DNA of 64,000 bases from the NCBI GenBank assembly GCA_015068765.1, contig SVJY01000001.1, positions 6,863 to 70,862 on the forward strand. Direction: 5' to 3'. The DNA is from Oscillospiraceae bacterium. Lineage in GTDB: Bacteria; Bacillota; Clostridia; UMGS1883; UMGS1540. Shown piece by piece: positions 46,751 through 56,602 of this stretch (position 1 is the stretch's first letter; every line of letters begins with the position of its first letter). The notes beneath the pieces are model-generated. The model was not told the origin of the DNA, did not search any database, and was given only the letters and a program-made list of their open reading frames with translations. The position numbers and the translations under genes are program-made.

Positions 46751-49120
46751 ATGTATAATGTTATTAAACGAGACGGCAAAAGCGTCGATTTTAAACTGGC
46801 AAAAATCGGCGGAGCCATTCAACAGGCGTTCGATGCCTGCGAGAAGCAGTATAATTCTGACATCATTGACTTTTTAGCCCTTAAGGTTACAGCTGAATTT
46901 GAACCGAAGATAAAGAATAACAGCATTTCAGTAGAAAACATTCAGGATAGTGTGGAATCCGTTCTGATTAAGGCAGGCTACGATGAGGTGGCGAAGGCCT
47001 ACATTCTGTACCGTAAACAGCGTGAGAAAATCAGAAACTTAAGCGCGACCCTTTTGGACTACAAGGAGATTGTCAATAACTATCTGCATATCAATGACTG
47101 GCGTGTAAAGGAAAATTCGACTGTTACCTATTCGGTTGGCGGTCTGATCCTGAGTAACTCCGGTGCAATCACAGCAAACTACTGGCTCAGCGAGGTGTAT
47201 GACGATGAGATTGGCGATGCCCACCGCAATGCCGACATTCATATTCATGACCTTTCCATGCTGACAGGCTACTGTGCCGGCTGGTCTTTAAAACAGCTGA
47301 TTCAGGAAGGCCTTGGCGGCGTTTCCGGCAAGATTACATCTGCACCGGCAAAACATCTGGCAACGCTCTGTAACCAAATGGTTAACTTCCTGGGCATTAT
47401 GCAGAATGAATGGGCAGGTGCACAGGCGTTTTCCTCCTTTGATACATACCTTGCACCTTTTGTTAAGGCGGACAATCTCTCCTATGACCAGGTGAAAAAA
47501 TGTATCGAATCCTTTATTTACGGCGTAAATACCCCCAGCCGCTGGGGCACGCAGGCACCCTTCTCCAATATTACGCTTGACTGGGTTGTGCCGGCTGACC
47601 TTGCAGAGCTCAACTGTATCATCGGCGGTAAAGAGGCAGACTTTAAGTATAAAGACTGTCAGGCAGAAATGGATTTGGTTAATAAGGCGTTCATCGAAAT
47701 CATGATTGACGGCGATGCCAACGGTCGTGGCTTCCAGTACCCCATTCCCACCTATTCCATTACCCGTGACTTTGACTGGTCCGATACCGAAAATAACCGT
47801 CTGCTCTTTGAGATGACATCGAAATACGGCACGCCCTATTTCTCCAACTATATCAACAGTGACATGGAACCCAGTGATGTCCGCAGTATGTGTTGCAGAC
47901 TGCGTCTGGACTTACGTGAACTGCGGAAAAAATCCGGCGGCTTCTTTGGTAGCGGCGAAAGTACAGGCAGTGTGGGCGTTGTAACGATTAATATGCCTCG
48001 TATTGCCTATCAGGCACAGAACGAGCAGGATTTCTATGCACGTTTGGATAAAATGATGAACATTGCCGCCCGTTCTCTGAAGGTGAAGCGTACCGTTATT
48101 ACGAAGCTTTTGGAGGAAGGTCTGTACCCCTACACCAAGCGGTATCTGGGTAGCTTTGACAATCACTTCTCCACCATCGGTCTTGTAGGTATGAACGAGG
48201 TGGGTCTTAACGCGAAGTGGCTCGGTGGCGATCTGACCGATCCTAAGGTACAGGAATTTACCAAGGACGTTTTGAATCATATGCGTGAGCGTCTCTCCGA
48301 CTATCAGGAGCAGTACGGCGATCTGTATAATCTGGAAGCCACACCGGCGGAATCCACTGCCTACCGTCTTGCAAAGCATGACGTGAAAAAATTCCCCAAT
48401 ATCCGCACCGCTTCGGACGGCACGGACGGTACGCCCTACTATACAAACAGCTCGCACTTGCCCGTAGGCTATACGGACGATATTTTCACGGCACTGGATA
48501 TTCAGGACGAATTGCAGACGCTGTACACCTCCGGCACCGTGTTCCACGCATTCCTCGGCGAAAAACTGCCGGATTGGAAAGCGGCGGCAACACTGGTGAG
48601 AAAGATTGCGGAAAATTACAGCCTGCCCTATTACACCCTTTCCCCGACCTATTCCGTATGTAAAAACCACGGCTATATTCCGGGTGAAAAGTTCACTTGC
48701 CCCGAATGCGGCGAGAAGACGGAGGTTTACAGCCGTATTACCGGTTACTACCGCCCGGTACAGAACTGGAACGACGGTAAGAGCCAGGAATACAAGGACC
48801 GGAAGGTATATGATGTGACCGGTGCGGCAGACAGAGTGTTAACGCGTAAGGCGGAAGAAGAAAAGACGGAAACTTCCGCGGCCAATACAGCGGCAGACGG
48901 CGTCTATCTCTTCACCACTGCAACCTGCCCCAACTGCAAGATTGCCGCTATGACGCTGGATAAGGCAGGCGTAGCATACGAAAAATTGCTGGCAGATGAA
49001 AATGCAGAGCTGGCAACTGCCTTCGGTATCAAGCAGGCTCCCACGCTGGCAATCGTAAAAGGCGGTGCAGTAGAAAAATACACGGGCGTTTCGGACATTA
49101 AGAAATACCTGAAGGAGTAA
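46751..49120 (+). CDS. nrdD: Anaerobic (class III) ribonucleoside-triphosphate reductase with a C-terminal thioredoxin-fold extension
   Basis: 789 aa. N-terminal ATP-cone (VIKRDGKSVDF..KI), a Zn ribbon CKNHG...CPECG and the glycyl-radical motif SRITGYYRPV. About 90 extra residues follow, ending in LFTTATCPNCK...KQAPTLAIV... Confidence 0.93.
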   Translation: MYNVIKRDGKSVDFKLAKIGGAIQQAFDACEKQYNSDIIDFLALKVTAEFEPKIKNNSISVENIQDSVESVLIKAGYDEVAKAYILYRKQREKIRNLSATLLDYKEIVNNYLHINDWRVKENSTVTYSVGGLILSNSGAITANYWLSEVYDDEIGDAHRNADIHIHDLSMLTGYCAGWSLKQLIQEGLGGVSGKITSAPAKHLATLCNQMVNFLGIMQNEWAGAQAFSSFDTYLAPFVKADNLSYDQVKKCIESFIYGVNTPSRWGTQAPFSNITLDWVVPADLAELNCIIGGKEADFKYKDCQAEMDLVNKAFIEIMIDGDANGRGFQYPIPTYSITRDFDWSDTENNRLLFEMTSKYGTPYFSNYINSDMEPSDVRSMCCRLRLDLRELRKKSGGFFGSGESTGSVGVVTINMPRIAYQAQNEQDFYARLDKMMNIAARSLKVKRTVITKLLEEGLYPYTKRYLGSFDNHFSTIGLVGMNEVGLNAKWLGGDLTDPKVQEFTKDVLNHMRERLSDYQEQYGDLYNLEATPAESTAYRLAKHDVKKFPNIRTASDGTDGTPYYTNSSHLPVGYTDDIFTALDIQDELQTLYTSGTVFHAFLGEKLPDWKAAATLVRKIAENYSLPYYTLSPTYSVCKNHGYIPGEKFTCPECGEKTEVYSRITGYYRPVQNWNDGKSQEYKDRKVYDVTGAADRVLTRKAEEEKTETSAANTAADGVYLFTTATCPNCKIAAMTLDKAGVAYEKLLADENAELATAFGIKQAPTLAIVKGGAVEKYTGVSDIKKYLKE

Positions 49121-49122
49121 CC

Positions 49123-50028
49123 ATGTTTGATATCATTGTTATCGGCGGCGGTCCGGCAGGGCTGACGGCGGCGGTGTACGCCCGGCGTGCCGGAAAAAGC
49201 GTACTGGTTATTGAAAAAGAAACCTTCGGCGGGCAGATTACATTCTCGCCGAAGGTGGAAAATATTCCCGGCTTTGCCAGCATCAGCGGTGCGGCGTTTG
49301 CCGAAAAGCTGACGGAGCAGGCAATGGAGCAGGGCGTTGAATTTGAATGTTGTGAAGCAAAGGAAATCGTAGACGGCAATCCCAAGAAGGTTGTAACGGA
49401 CGAAGGAACATTTGAAGGAAAAGCCGTGATTGTGGCTACAGGTGCCCGGCATCGGCTTTTGGGTATTCCGGACGAAGAAAAGTACATTGGCGACGGGATT
49501 TCCTTCTGTGCTGTGTGTGACGGTGCGTTCTATAAAGGACAGACGGTTGCGGTAATCGGCGGCGGAAATTCCGCTTTGCAGGAGGCACTCTTACTTTCCG
49601 AAACCTCGGAAAAGGTATATGTACTACAGAATCTGGCATTCTTCACAGGGGAACAGGTTCTCGTCAGTCAGCTGGAAGAGAAGGAAAATGTGGAAGTCCG
49701 GTTTGAAACCGTTGTAGAGGAAATTCTGGACGAAGACGGCTTTGCCGGCATCCGCATCCGGAACACAGCGAAGGACACGACCGAGGAAATCCGGGCAGAC
49801 GGTATGTTTGTAGCCATTGGACTTGTGCCACAGAATGAGCCCTTCCGGAACATGATTCTCTTAAATGAATATGGCTATGCGGATATGGACGAAAGCTGCA
49901 TCGGGAATACACCGGGCGTATTTGCGGCAGGGGATTGCCGCAGTAAGCGAATCCGTCAGGTCACAACCGCGACGGCGGATGGGGCGACGGCGGCACTGGC
50001 GGCGTGTGCCTATATTGATAGCCTGTAA
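49123..50028 (+). CDS. Thioredoxin-reductase-like flavoprotein lacking the canonical NADPH HRR motif (possible ferredoxin-dependent FFTR type)
   Basis: 301 aa. FAD motif VIGGGPAGLTAA, redox-active CAVC, second Rossmann motif GGGNSALQEA. Where TrxB has HRRD.FRA, this protein reads LQNLAFFTG. Starts 2 nt after the nrdD stop. Confidence 0.85.
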   Translation: MFDIIVIGGGPAGLTAAVYARRAGKSVLVIEKETFGGQITFSPKVENIPGFASISGAAFAEKLTEQAMEQGVEFECCEAKEIVDGNPKKVVTDEGTFEGKAVIVATGARHRLLGIPDEEKYIGDGISFCAVCDGAFYKGQTVAVIGGGNSALQEALLLSETSEKVYVLQNLAFFTGEQVLVSQLEEKENVEVRFETVVEEILDEDGFAGIRIRNTAKDTTEEIRADGMFVAIGLVPQNEPFRNMILLNEYGYADMDESCIGNTPGVFAAGDCRSKRIRQVTTATADGATAALAACAYIDSL

Positions 50029-50068
50029 TCCCTTATAAAAAATCAGAATATATTGGTAAAATAAAGAA

Positions 50069-50123
50069 GGGGCTGTAGACCAACTCGATTTTCAAAATCG
50101 TTTTGCTACAGCCCCGATTTTTG
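50069..50123 (+). terminator. Rho-independent terminator after the nrdD/trxR-like operon
   Basis: 10-bp outer stem GGGGCTGTAG / CTACAGCCCC with inner stem CGATTTT/AAAATCG, followed by GATTTTTG. Confidence 0.75.
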
Positions 50124-50172
50124 TTGCACTGTGAAATGTTGTTTTTAGTAGAGGAAGACCTCTACAGTTCGT

Positions 50173-51288
50173 TTATTGCATAGTATTTTCGGAGGACGAT
50201 AAGAGCTCCAGTGCTTTTTCCAGTTGCAGGTCCACACCTTCCGTATTGTTTTCTATAACGTGGTGCGGTTCGATACCGTTTCCGTCTATGATGTAGCCGC
50301 CGGAGGTGTAATAGTGGGCAACAGTAAGCTTTACGCCGCCCTCCTTTAATTTAAACAGATTTTGCACACTGCCTTTCCCGTAGGTCTTCTGTCCCACCAG
50401 CGTAGCACGGCCGTTATCCTTCAAAGCACCGGCAAGGACTTCGGAGGCTGAAGCGCTGTTCTCGTTTATGATAAGTACCAGGGGCAGGGAATTGAAGCTT
50501 TCGTCGCTTTCATACAGGGCTTCACGCTTACCGTCTTTATTTTCCGTATAGACGATACTGCAGCGCGGCAGGAGCATATCGGCGATTTCCGCCACCGTGC
50601 CCAGATATCCGCCCGGATTATCTCGGACATCGATAATGAGCCCCCGTGCGTTACTTTTTTCTGCCCGGTCAATCGCCGCCGCCATTTCGCCGGCGGTGGG
50701 GGAATCAAAGCTACGGATACGGATATAGGCAATATCCGCTTTTTTTTCGTACACAACCGTATCCAGATGAATGGTTGTTCGGGATACGGAGAGCGTCATG
50801 GTTTCCGTTCCGCGAAGCACGGTCAGCGTTAGAGGCGTGCTGTCATTTCGGGCACGCAGTATTAAAAGGGCTTCTGCGTACGTTTCTTCATTAATCTCCA
50901 GTTCATTTACGCCCAGCAGTATATCGTCGGGCATAATACCGGCCTCATCGGCGGGGGTATCGGGGAAAGTGGAGGAGACAACCAGCTTGCCGTCCTGTAT
51001 TTGGACTTCAATGCCGATGCCTACATAATTCGCGTCCATTTCTTCCATGAACATGGCATATTCTTCTTCGGTAAAATATACGGAATAGGGATCCCCAAGT
51101 GCTTCCACCATGCCGCGTATTGCACCCTGCTCCAGTTCCGTCTCCGTCACGTCACCGGCGAAGGTGTTTAAAAGCAATAGCTTTACGGAGGTGACGGGCG
51201 GTAGGGTGAAGATATACACGGCAAAGCAAATCAGCACCGTGGCAACCACACTAATCAGTGCAGTAAGTATAATCGGTTTTTTAGACAA
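50173..51288 (-). CDS. S41-family C-terminal processing peptidase (CtpA/Tsp-like) with PDZ domain
   Basis: 371 aa. N-terminal TM anchor, PDZ (GIEVQIQDGKLVV..TFPDTPADEAGI..DDILLGVN), catalytic context INENSASASEVLAGAL and TYGKGSVQ. Confidence 0.9.
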   Translation of the reverse strand: MSKKPIILTALISVVATVLICFAVYIFTLPPVTSVKLLLLNTFAGDVTETELEQGAIRGMVEALGDPYSVYFTEEEYAMFMEEMDANYVGIGIEVQIQDGKLVVSSTFPDTPADEAGIMPDDILLGVNELEINEETYAEALLILRARNDSTPLTLTVLRGTETMTLSVSRTTIHLDTVVYEKKADIAYIRIRSFDSPTAGEMAAAIDRAEKSNARGLIIDVRDNPGGYLGTVAEIADMLLPRCSIVYTENKDGKREALYESDESFNSLPLVLIINENSASASEVLAGALKDNGRATLVGQKTYGKGSVQNLFKLKEGGVKLTVAHYYTSGGYIIDGNGIEPHHVIENNTEGVDLQLEKALELLSSSENTMQ

Positions 51289-51337
51289 ACTGTTCTATCC
51301 TTTCCGATGACATCTTTATGGTTACTATATGCTGAAC

Positions 51338-52516
51338 TTACTCGAAATATCCCATCGGGTCAGTGTATTCACCGTTAATCAGCACCTCAAAGTGAAGATG
51401 CGGTCCGGTGGATACGCCGGTAGAACCAACCAGTGCAATCTGCTGTCCGCGGGATACAGACTGTCCGCTTTCTACAAGCAGAACACAGCAATGCCCGTAC
51501 AGGGTCTGTACACCGGCACCGTGGTCAATCACAACATAATTGCCGTAACCGCTGTTCCAGCCGGCACGGAGCACTGTGCCGCCCTCTGCCGCAACAATGG
51601 AAGCACCCTGCCCGGCACCGATATCAATACCTGTATGGGTTTTATTCCGTTTTTGAACGGGGTGATAGCGGGTCCCGAAGGGAGAGGTGATATAGGTGGT
51701 GGAGGGCGTTGGCCAGCAGAAGCGGCCGCCGCTGTCCGTGACCTGCGGCTGGCTGGGAGTAGGCGTCGAGGTCTGGGTTAATGCACGGATTTCCGCACGG
51801 AGGGCTTCCTCCGCCGCATCGGCGGCATCCAGCGTGGCACGGTAAGCTTCCTCGTCGGATTCCAGCTTGGAAATTACCGTGTCCAGTGCCGCACGGTTTG
51901 CGTCCAGCTCTGCTTTTTTCGATGCCTGAATATCCCTGTTTAGCTGTACCATGGCATTGGATTCTTCCACGGCAAGCTTTTTCGCTTCAATCTGTGCCTG
52001 GTTTTCCGCCATGCGGTCCAGCACGCTCCTGTCATACTCCACAATCTGGGAAACGGTTTCCACACGCTTTAAAAGGTCGGAGAAGCTTTCTGCACCGAAC
52101 AGAATACTCAGGAAGGAAACGTTACTGCGTTCATACATGACACGTACGCGGTCCTTAAAGGTATTCTCGTAGTTCGTTGCTGCTTCCACCGCTTTGTCCA
52201 GTTCCTCTGTCAGCAGCGCGATATTCTCTTCGTTTTCTGCAATCTGGAGTGAGAGTGTATAAAGCTCCGCCTCCAGCTTGGCAATATCCTGGTCCAACGT
52301 TTTCCGCGAGGCTTCCGCGTTGGAGATTTCGCCCTTCACTTCCGCAAGACCGGCTTCTGCCGCTTCACGGGAACGCTGTGCTTCCTTCAGCTGGGTTTCA
52401 AGCTGTGAGACGGTATCCGCCCGTGCCGTCAGTAAGGGGGCGGCGAAGGAGACAAGGAGCGAGAGCGTGAGTAGGGCGGCAAAGATAATGATCAGCTTTT
52501 TCGGCGTTTTTCTCAT
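51338..52516 (-). CDS. Coiled-coil M23 (LytM-type) peptidoglycan endopeptidase, EnvC/PcsB-like architecture
   Basis: 392 aa. Signal/TM, then about 230 aa of coiled coil, then an M23 domain with intact metal ligands HTGIDIGA (HxxxD) and GPHLHFEV (HxH). RBS GAGGAGG. Confidence 0.9.
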   Translation of the reverse strand: MRKTPKKLIIIFAALLTLSLLVSFAAPLLTARADTVSQLETQLKEAQRSREAAEAGLAEVKGEISNAEASRKTLDQDIAKLEAELYTLSLQIAENEENIALLTEELDKAVEAATNYENTFKDRVRVMYERSNVSFLSILFGAESFSDLLKRVETVSQIVEYDRSVLDRMAENQAQIEAKKLAVEESNAMVQLNRDIQASKKAELDANRAALDTVISKLESDEEAYRATLDAADAAEEALRAEIRALTQTSTPTPSQPQVTDSGGRFCWPTPSTTYITSPFGTRYHPVQKRNKTHTGIDIGAGQGASIVAAEGGTVLRAGWNSGYGNYVVIDHGAGVQTLYGHCCVLLVESGQSVSRGQQIALVGSTGVSTGPHLHFEVLINGEYTDPMGYFE

Positions 52517-52526
52517 AATAACCTCC

Positions 52527-53441
52527 TCAAACCTTTAGATGCCGACGAACGGCTATCAAACTGCCCAGTGCACCCATCAGTGCACCAAACAGGAGCAAAA
52601 TCAAAACAAGCGTACCGGAGACCGTGGAAAATGCACGGAGCGAAAAGGGGAACCATACAGAACCGGCAACGGCACGGGTGCAGGCACCGTAAAGTGCCAT
52701 ACACACAAGCTGAGAAATCAGACCACCTACAAGCCCCACCACAATTCCTTCAATGATAAACGGCCAACGGATAAACCAATCGGTAGCACCCACATATTTC
52801 ATAATGTGGATTTCCCGTTCCCGCGCAAATACCGCGAGCTTTATGGTGTTGGAAATAATGAAAACAGCAATCAATGCCAGAACAATCATCGCAACCACAA
52901 GCACAATCTTAATTACCTGCGTGGTGCGGAGAACGTTGTCGGTTATATCCTGTTGGTGACTGACGTCTGCAATACCGTCCACGGCACGGAGTGCCGCGGC
53001 TGTCTGGGCGGAGGTAGACAAATCTCGGACGGAAATCGTATAGGAAGCACGGAGAAAATCATCGTCCTCCCAGTTGTCAATGGAAATGCCACCCTCCATG
53101 AGCATGGCACGGGCACCTTCAAATGCCTGTGCTTTTGTTTCCAGCTCTGCGGCGGAAACATTTTCGATGCGACAAAGCGTGGCCTCCAGTGCCGCTGTTT
53201 CAGACTCCGAGAGGGCAGGGTCCACATAAGCCACAATCCGGCATTCCGCCTGTACTTGGTCGGCGATATAGCTTAGGTTCATGCTGAACAGGGTAAAAGT
53301 ACCCAGAAAGAGAAGACAGCCCGTAACGGTGACGAGACTGGCAAGCGTCATCAGAATATTGTGAAATATACTTTTAAAGGCTTCACTGCAAAAATAACGG
53401 AATTCTCTAAACGCCAACGGTATAGCCCCCTTCCTTCTCAT
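52527..53441 (-). CDS. ftsX: Cell division ABC transporter permease-like protein FtsX
   Basis: 4-TM FtsX topology with a large extracellular loop. Follows ftsE. The start is uncertain: ATG 53441 (no SD) or TTG 53417 (behind GAAGGAAGGGGG). The track start 53510 is unlikely. Confidence 0.88.
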   Translation of the reverse strand: MRRKGAIPLAFREFRYFCSEAFKSIFHNILMTLASLVTVTGCLLFLGTFTLFSMNLSYIADQVQAECRIVAYVDPALSESETAALEATLCRIENVSAAELETKAQAFEGARAMLMEGGISIDNWEDDDFLRASYTISVRDLSTSAQTAAALRAVDGIADVSHQQDITDNVLRTTQVIKIVLVVAMIVLALIAVFIISNTIKLAVFAREREIHIMKYVGATDWFIRWPFIIEGIVVGLVGGLISQLVCMALYGACTRAVAGSVWFPFSLRAFSTVSGTLVLILLLFGALMGALGSLIAVRRHLKV

Positions 53442-54096
53442 CGCTGACCAGATGCCCCATATCCAGCGTGATAACACGCTTATGCATCTCATTAACCAGC
53501 TTTTCTGCATGGGTTGCCATGAGGATTGTAGTACCCCGGTTATTGATATCCTCTAAAATGGCCATGATTTCAGCGGCCTTTTCCCGATCCAAATTGCCGG
53601 TAGGCTCGTCTGCGATCAGAATAGAGGGATTGTTGGCAAGTGCACGTGCCATGGAGACACGCTGCTGTTCACCGCCGGATAGCTGATTGGGGTATGCCTT
53701 GGACTTCCGGGAAAGTCCCACCATATTCAGAAGCTCCGGAATCCGCCGACGCATCTGCCTTGTGGAAGCACCGACAATACGCATGGCAAAGGCGACATTT
53801 TCATATACTGTACGGGACGGCAGAAGACGGAAATCCTGAAACACAACGCCGATTTCCCGACGCAGGAACGGGATTTCCTTTCTGGAAAGTGCACCGATAT
53901 TATGTCCGTTGACAATTACCTCTCCCTCCGTAGGCGTTTCTTCGCAAAGAAGCATACGGATGATAGAGGATTTACCGGCACCGCTGTGTCCCACAAGAAA
54001 TACAAACTCCCCTTTTTCCACATGGAAGCTGACATCTTCCAGAGCCAGTGCCTTATTATCTTCGTAGATTTTGGTAACGTGATTGAAGTGAATCAT
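53407..54096 (-). CDS. ftsE: Cell division ATP-binding protein FtsE
   Basis: 229 aa. Walker A GHSGAGKSS, signature LSGGEQQR, Walker B ILIADEPTGNLD. Confidence 0.95.
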   Translation of the reverse strand: MIHFNHVTKIYEDNKALALEDVSFHVEKGEFVFLVGHSGAGKSSIIRMLLCEETPTEGEVIVNGHNIGALSRKEIPFLRREIGVVFQDFRLLPSRTVYENVAFAMRIVGASTRQMRRRIPELLNMVGLSRKSKAYPNQLSGGEQQRVSMARALANNPSILIADEPTGNLDREKAAEIMAILEDINNRGTTILMATHAEKLVNEMHKRVITLDMGHLVSDEKEGGYTVGV

Positions 54097-54128
54097 AATT
54101 TTTCCTTTTGTGTTATTCAGTCTGTAAA

Positions 54129-55220
54129 TTACAGCTTCATGGGATTAGAAACGAGATACCGCTTTACCATCATGGCAATTTTAAACACGATGGCATGGTC
54201 AAATATGCGTAAATCAAGCCCTGTCAGCTTCTGCACTTTATCCAGGCGGTATACAAGGGTATTCCGATGCACATACAGCTGGCGTGAGGTTTCCGAAACA
54301 TTCAGGTCGTTTTCAAAGAATTTTTGGATCGTGAACAGCGTTTCCGAATCCAGAACATCAATGGATTCCTTTTTGAAGACCTCAGATAAGAACAGCTCGC
54401 AAAGGGTGGTAGGCAATTGGTATATGAGACGGCCGATTCCGAGATTTTCATAGTTGATAATCTTGTGCTCCGTATCGAATACCTTGCCAACCTCCAGTGC
54501 CACACGGGCATCCTTATAGGATTTTGCCAGGTCTTTGATTGTGGGGGCAATGGAGCCGATGCCTATCGTTATCTGCGTGTAGGCTTCTGCGGTCACGGTG
54601 TCCAAAATGGTTTTGGCAAGCTGGTCCAGCTCTGCATCGGTGGTACCCGGCTGAATGTCCTTCGCTAAAATGGTATTCCGTTCGTCCAGATTGAAAACAA
54701 AGTCCCGGTTCTTTTCAGGGAAGATGCTCTGCACTACCTCGGACAGGGTGTGTGCACTTGCACTGCCGTCTGCCATGCGAAGAAGCATAATGACACGGGG
54801 CGTATCGTAAGCAAGATGCAGTTCCTTTGCACTGACGAGGATATCGCCGGGAAGTACGTTATCCAGAATAATGTTGCGGATAAGGTTGGAACGGTCATAC
54901 CGGTCATTATGGAGCTGATTCATGGAGCTTATGGCAACAGAAATCATTTCTGCATATCGAACGGCAGCATCGTCCTCTCCTTCAACGAAGATCAGAAATT
55001 CTGCCGGATTATGTACAGAAGCACCAAAAAAGGTAAACCCAAGAAAATGGAACGGTTCTTCCATCTCTTCTGCCAGCCGTGCAAGCTCCGGCTCATGCTG
55101 TAACATTACCATGTCCTCAGGATATGAAAAAACAAAGTCGCCGTCCTCATAAAGACCGACCTTACGGCCTGCGGACACGCCCATCTGATAAAGTACACTT
55201 TGATAAAATTTATGTGCCAT
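54129..55220 (-). CDS. PucR/CdaR-family transcriptional regulator
   Basis: 363 aa from ATG 55220 (RBS AAAGGAG). C-terminal PucR HTH (ETSRQLYVHRNTLVYRLDKVQKLTGLDL). Only 32 nt and no terminator before ftsE. Confidence 0.8.
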   Translation of the reverse strand: MAHKFYQSVLYQMGVSAGRKVGLYEDGDFVFSYPEDMVMLQHEPELARLAEEMEEPFHFLGFTFFGASVHNPAEFLIFVEGEDDAAVRYAEMISVAISSMNQLHNDRYDRSNLIRNIILDNVLPGDILVSAKELHLAYDTPRVIMLLRMADGSASAHTLSEVVQSIFPEKNRDFVFNLDERNTILAKDIQPGTTDAELDQLAKTILDTVTAEAYTQITIGIGSIAPTIKDLAKSYKDARVALEVGKVFDTEHKIINYENLGIGRLIYQLPTTLCELFLSEVFKKESIDVLDSETLFTIQKFFENDLNVSETSRQLYVHRNTLVYRLDKVQKLTGLDLRIFDHAIVFKIAMMVKRYLVSNPMKL

Positions 55221-55257
55221 GGTTTTCTCCTTTTCTACAAAATATCTACTCAATTAT

Positions 55258-55285
55258 ATTATACATTTTTTTTGCATTTTTGCAA
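55258..55285 (-). promoter_or_regulatory. Candidate promoter of the pucR-like gene
   Basis: Minus strand: -35 TTGCAA (55280-55285), 16-bp spacer, -10 TATAAT (55258-55263). Confidence 0.45.
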
Positions 55286-55420
55286 GGAATATTTCCAAAA
55301 TTAACATAAATGTAACAAATTTTTATTGCATGCTGTGAAAAAAGAAGTAAAGCGGCATAAATTCCGCAAAAAAATAATATACTACTATGAGACAAAACGA
55401 AGGAAAGGAGCGAGGAAAGC

Positions 55421-56602
55421 TTGCACGATACAAAATGTGTTGCCATGATACTTGCCGGCGGGCAGGGAAGCCGGCTTGGAGCACTTACAAGGCAGATTGC
55501 GAAACCGGCAGTGCCTTTTGGCGGCAAATACAGAATTATAGATTTTGTGCTGAGCAACTGCACCCATTCGGGAATTCATACCGTCGGTGTTTTGACCCAA
55601 TATCAACCGCTGGACCTCAACACTTACATCGGTAGCGGCCAGCCGTGGGATTTGGACCGCAACCGGGGCGGCGTGTACATTCTGCCGCCCTATCAGAAAA
55701 TGGAGGCAGGGGAGTGGTACAAAGGTACAGCCAATGCCATTTACCAGAACATAGGCTTTATTGAACGGTTTAACCCTCGGTATGTACTGGTATTATCCGG
55801 TGACCATATTTACAAAATGCATTACGGAAAAATGCTGGATATGCACAAAAGCACCGGCGCGGCGGCGACCATTGCGGTTATCCGTGTGCCGATTAATGAG
55901 GCCTCCCGGTTTGGCATTATGCAAACGGACGAGACGGGGCGAATTACGGAATTTCAGGAAAAACCCCAGAAGCCGAAAAATGATCTGGCCTCTATGGGCG
56001 TGTATGTGTTTGACTGGCGGATACTAAAAAAGTATCTGATTTTAGACGAAGGGAACCCGAATTCCGGAAACGATTTCGGGAAAAATGTAATTCCGCAAAT
56101 GCTGGCGGCAGGAGAAAGACTGCAGGCATATAACTTTGACGGCTACTGGAAGGACGTGGGGACGGCGAAAAGCTTGTGGGAGGCCAATATGGACCTGGTG
56201 CAGACACCGCCGCGGTTTGATTTATACGATCCGGATTGGACGATTTTCAGCCGCAGTACTGCCCAACCGCCCCATTTCGTAGCAGATAGCTCCCATATTT
56301 CCGACAGCATCGTCACGGAAGGGTGTCGGATATACGGCAGAGTGCATGAAAGTGTACTGTTTCGGGGGGTAGTTGTTTCCAGGGGAGCACGGGTATGCAG
56401 CAGTATTGTGTTCCCCGGTGCCTATATCGAGGCGGATGCCAGTGTGGAAAATGCAATTATTGGCAGTGGCGTCCGTGTGCGGCGAGGCACAGATATCCGA
56501 CCGGAGAAGCAGGGGGAAATTTGCGTGGTTGGCGATGAAACGGTAGTGGACGCATGTGTACGGAAAAGTACGGAGAGAAGTGCGGCAATCGGAGGGATAT
56601 AG
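55421..56602 (+). CDS. glgC: Glucose-1-phosphate adenylyltransferase
   Basis: 393 aa. [13 protein letters not shown]....[15 protein letters not shown], and a C-terminal left-handed beta-helix. TTG start. Confidence 0.95.
   Translation: MHDTKCVAMILAGGQGSRLGALTRQIAKPAVPFGGKYRIIDFVLSNCTHSGIHTVGVLTQYQPLDLNTYIGSGQPWDLDRNRGGVYILPPYQKMEAGEWYKGTANAIYQNIGFIERFNPRYVLVLSGDHIYKMHYGKMLDMHKSTGAAATIAVIRVPINEASRFGIMQTDETGRITEFQEKPQKPKNDLASMGVYVFDWRILKKYLILDEGNPNSGNDFGKNVIPQMLAAGERLQAYNFDGYWKDVGTAKSLWEANMDLVQTPPRFDLYDPDWTIFSRSTAQPPHFVADSSHISDSIVTEGCRIYGRVHESVLFRGVVVSRGARVCSSIVFPGAYIEADASVENAIIGSGVRVRRGTDIRPEKQGEICVVGDETVVDACVRKSTERSAAIGGI

Noticed and set aside
50148-50165. Hairpin GTAGAGG-aaga-CCTCTAC downstream of the S41 protease gene as its terminator
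   Set aside because: On the minus strand it is followed by TAAAAAC rather than a U-tract. On the plus strand the T-run is on the wrong side. This is not a canonical intrinsic terminator.
55286-55420. Promoter or cre-like site for glgC (for example TGTAACAAATTTTTATTGCA; -10-like TATACT at ~55378)
   Set aside because: No acceptable -35 lies at the proper spacing, and the cre-like sequence has no central CG. The evidence is too weak to annotate.
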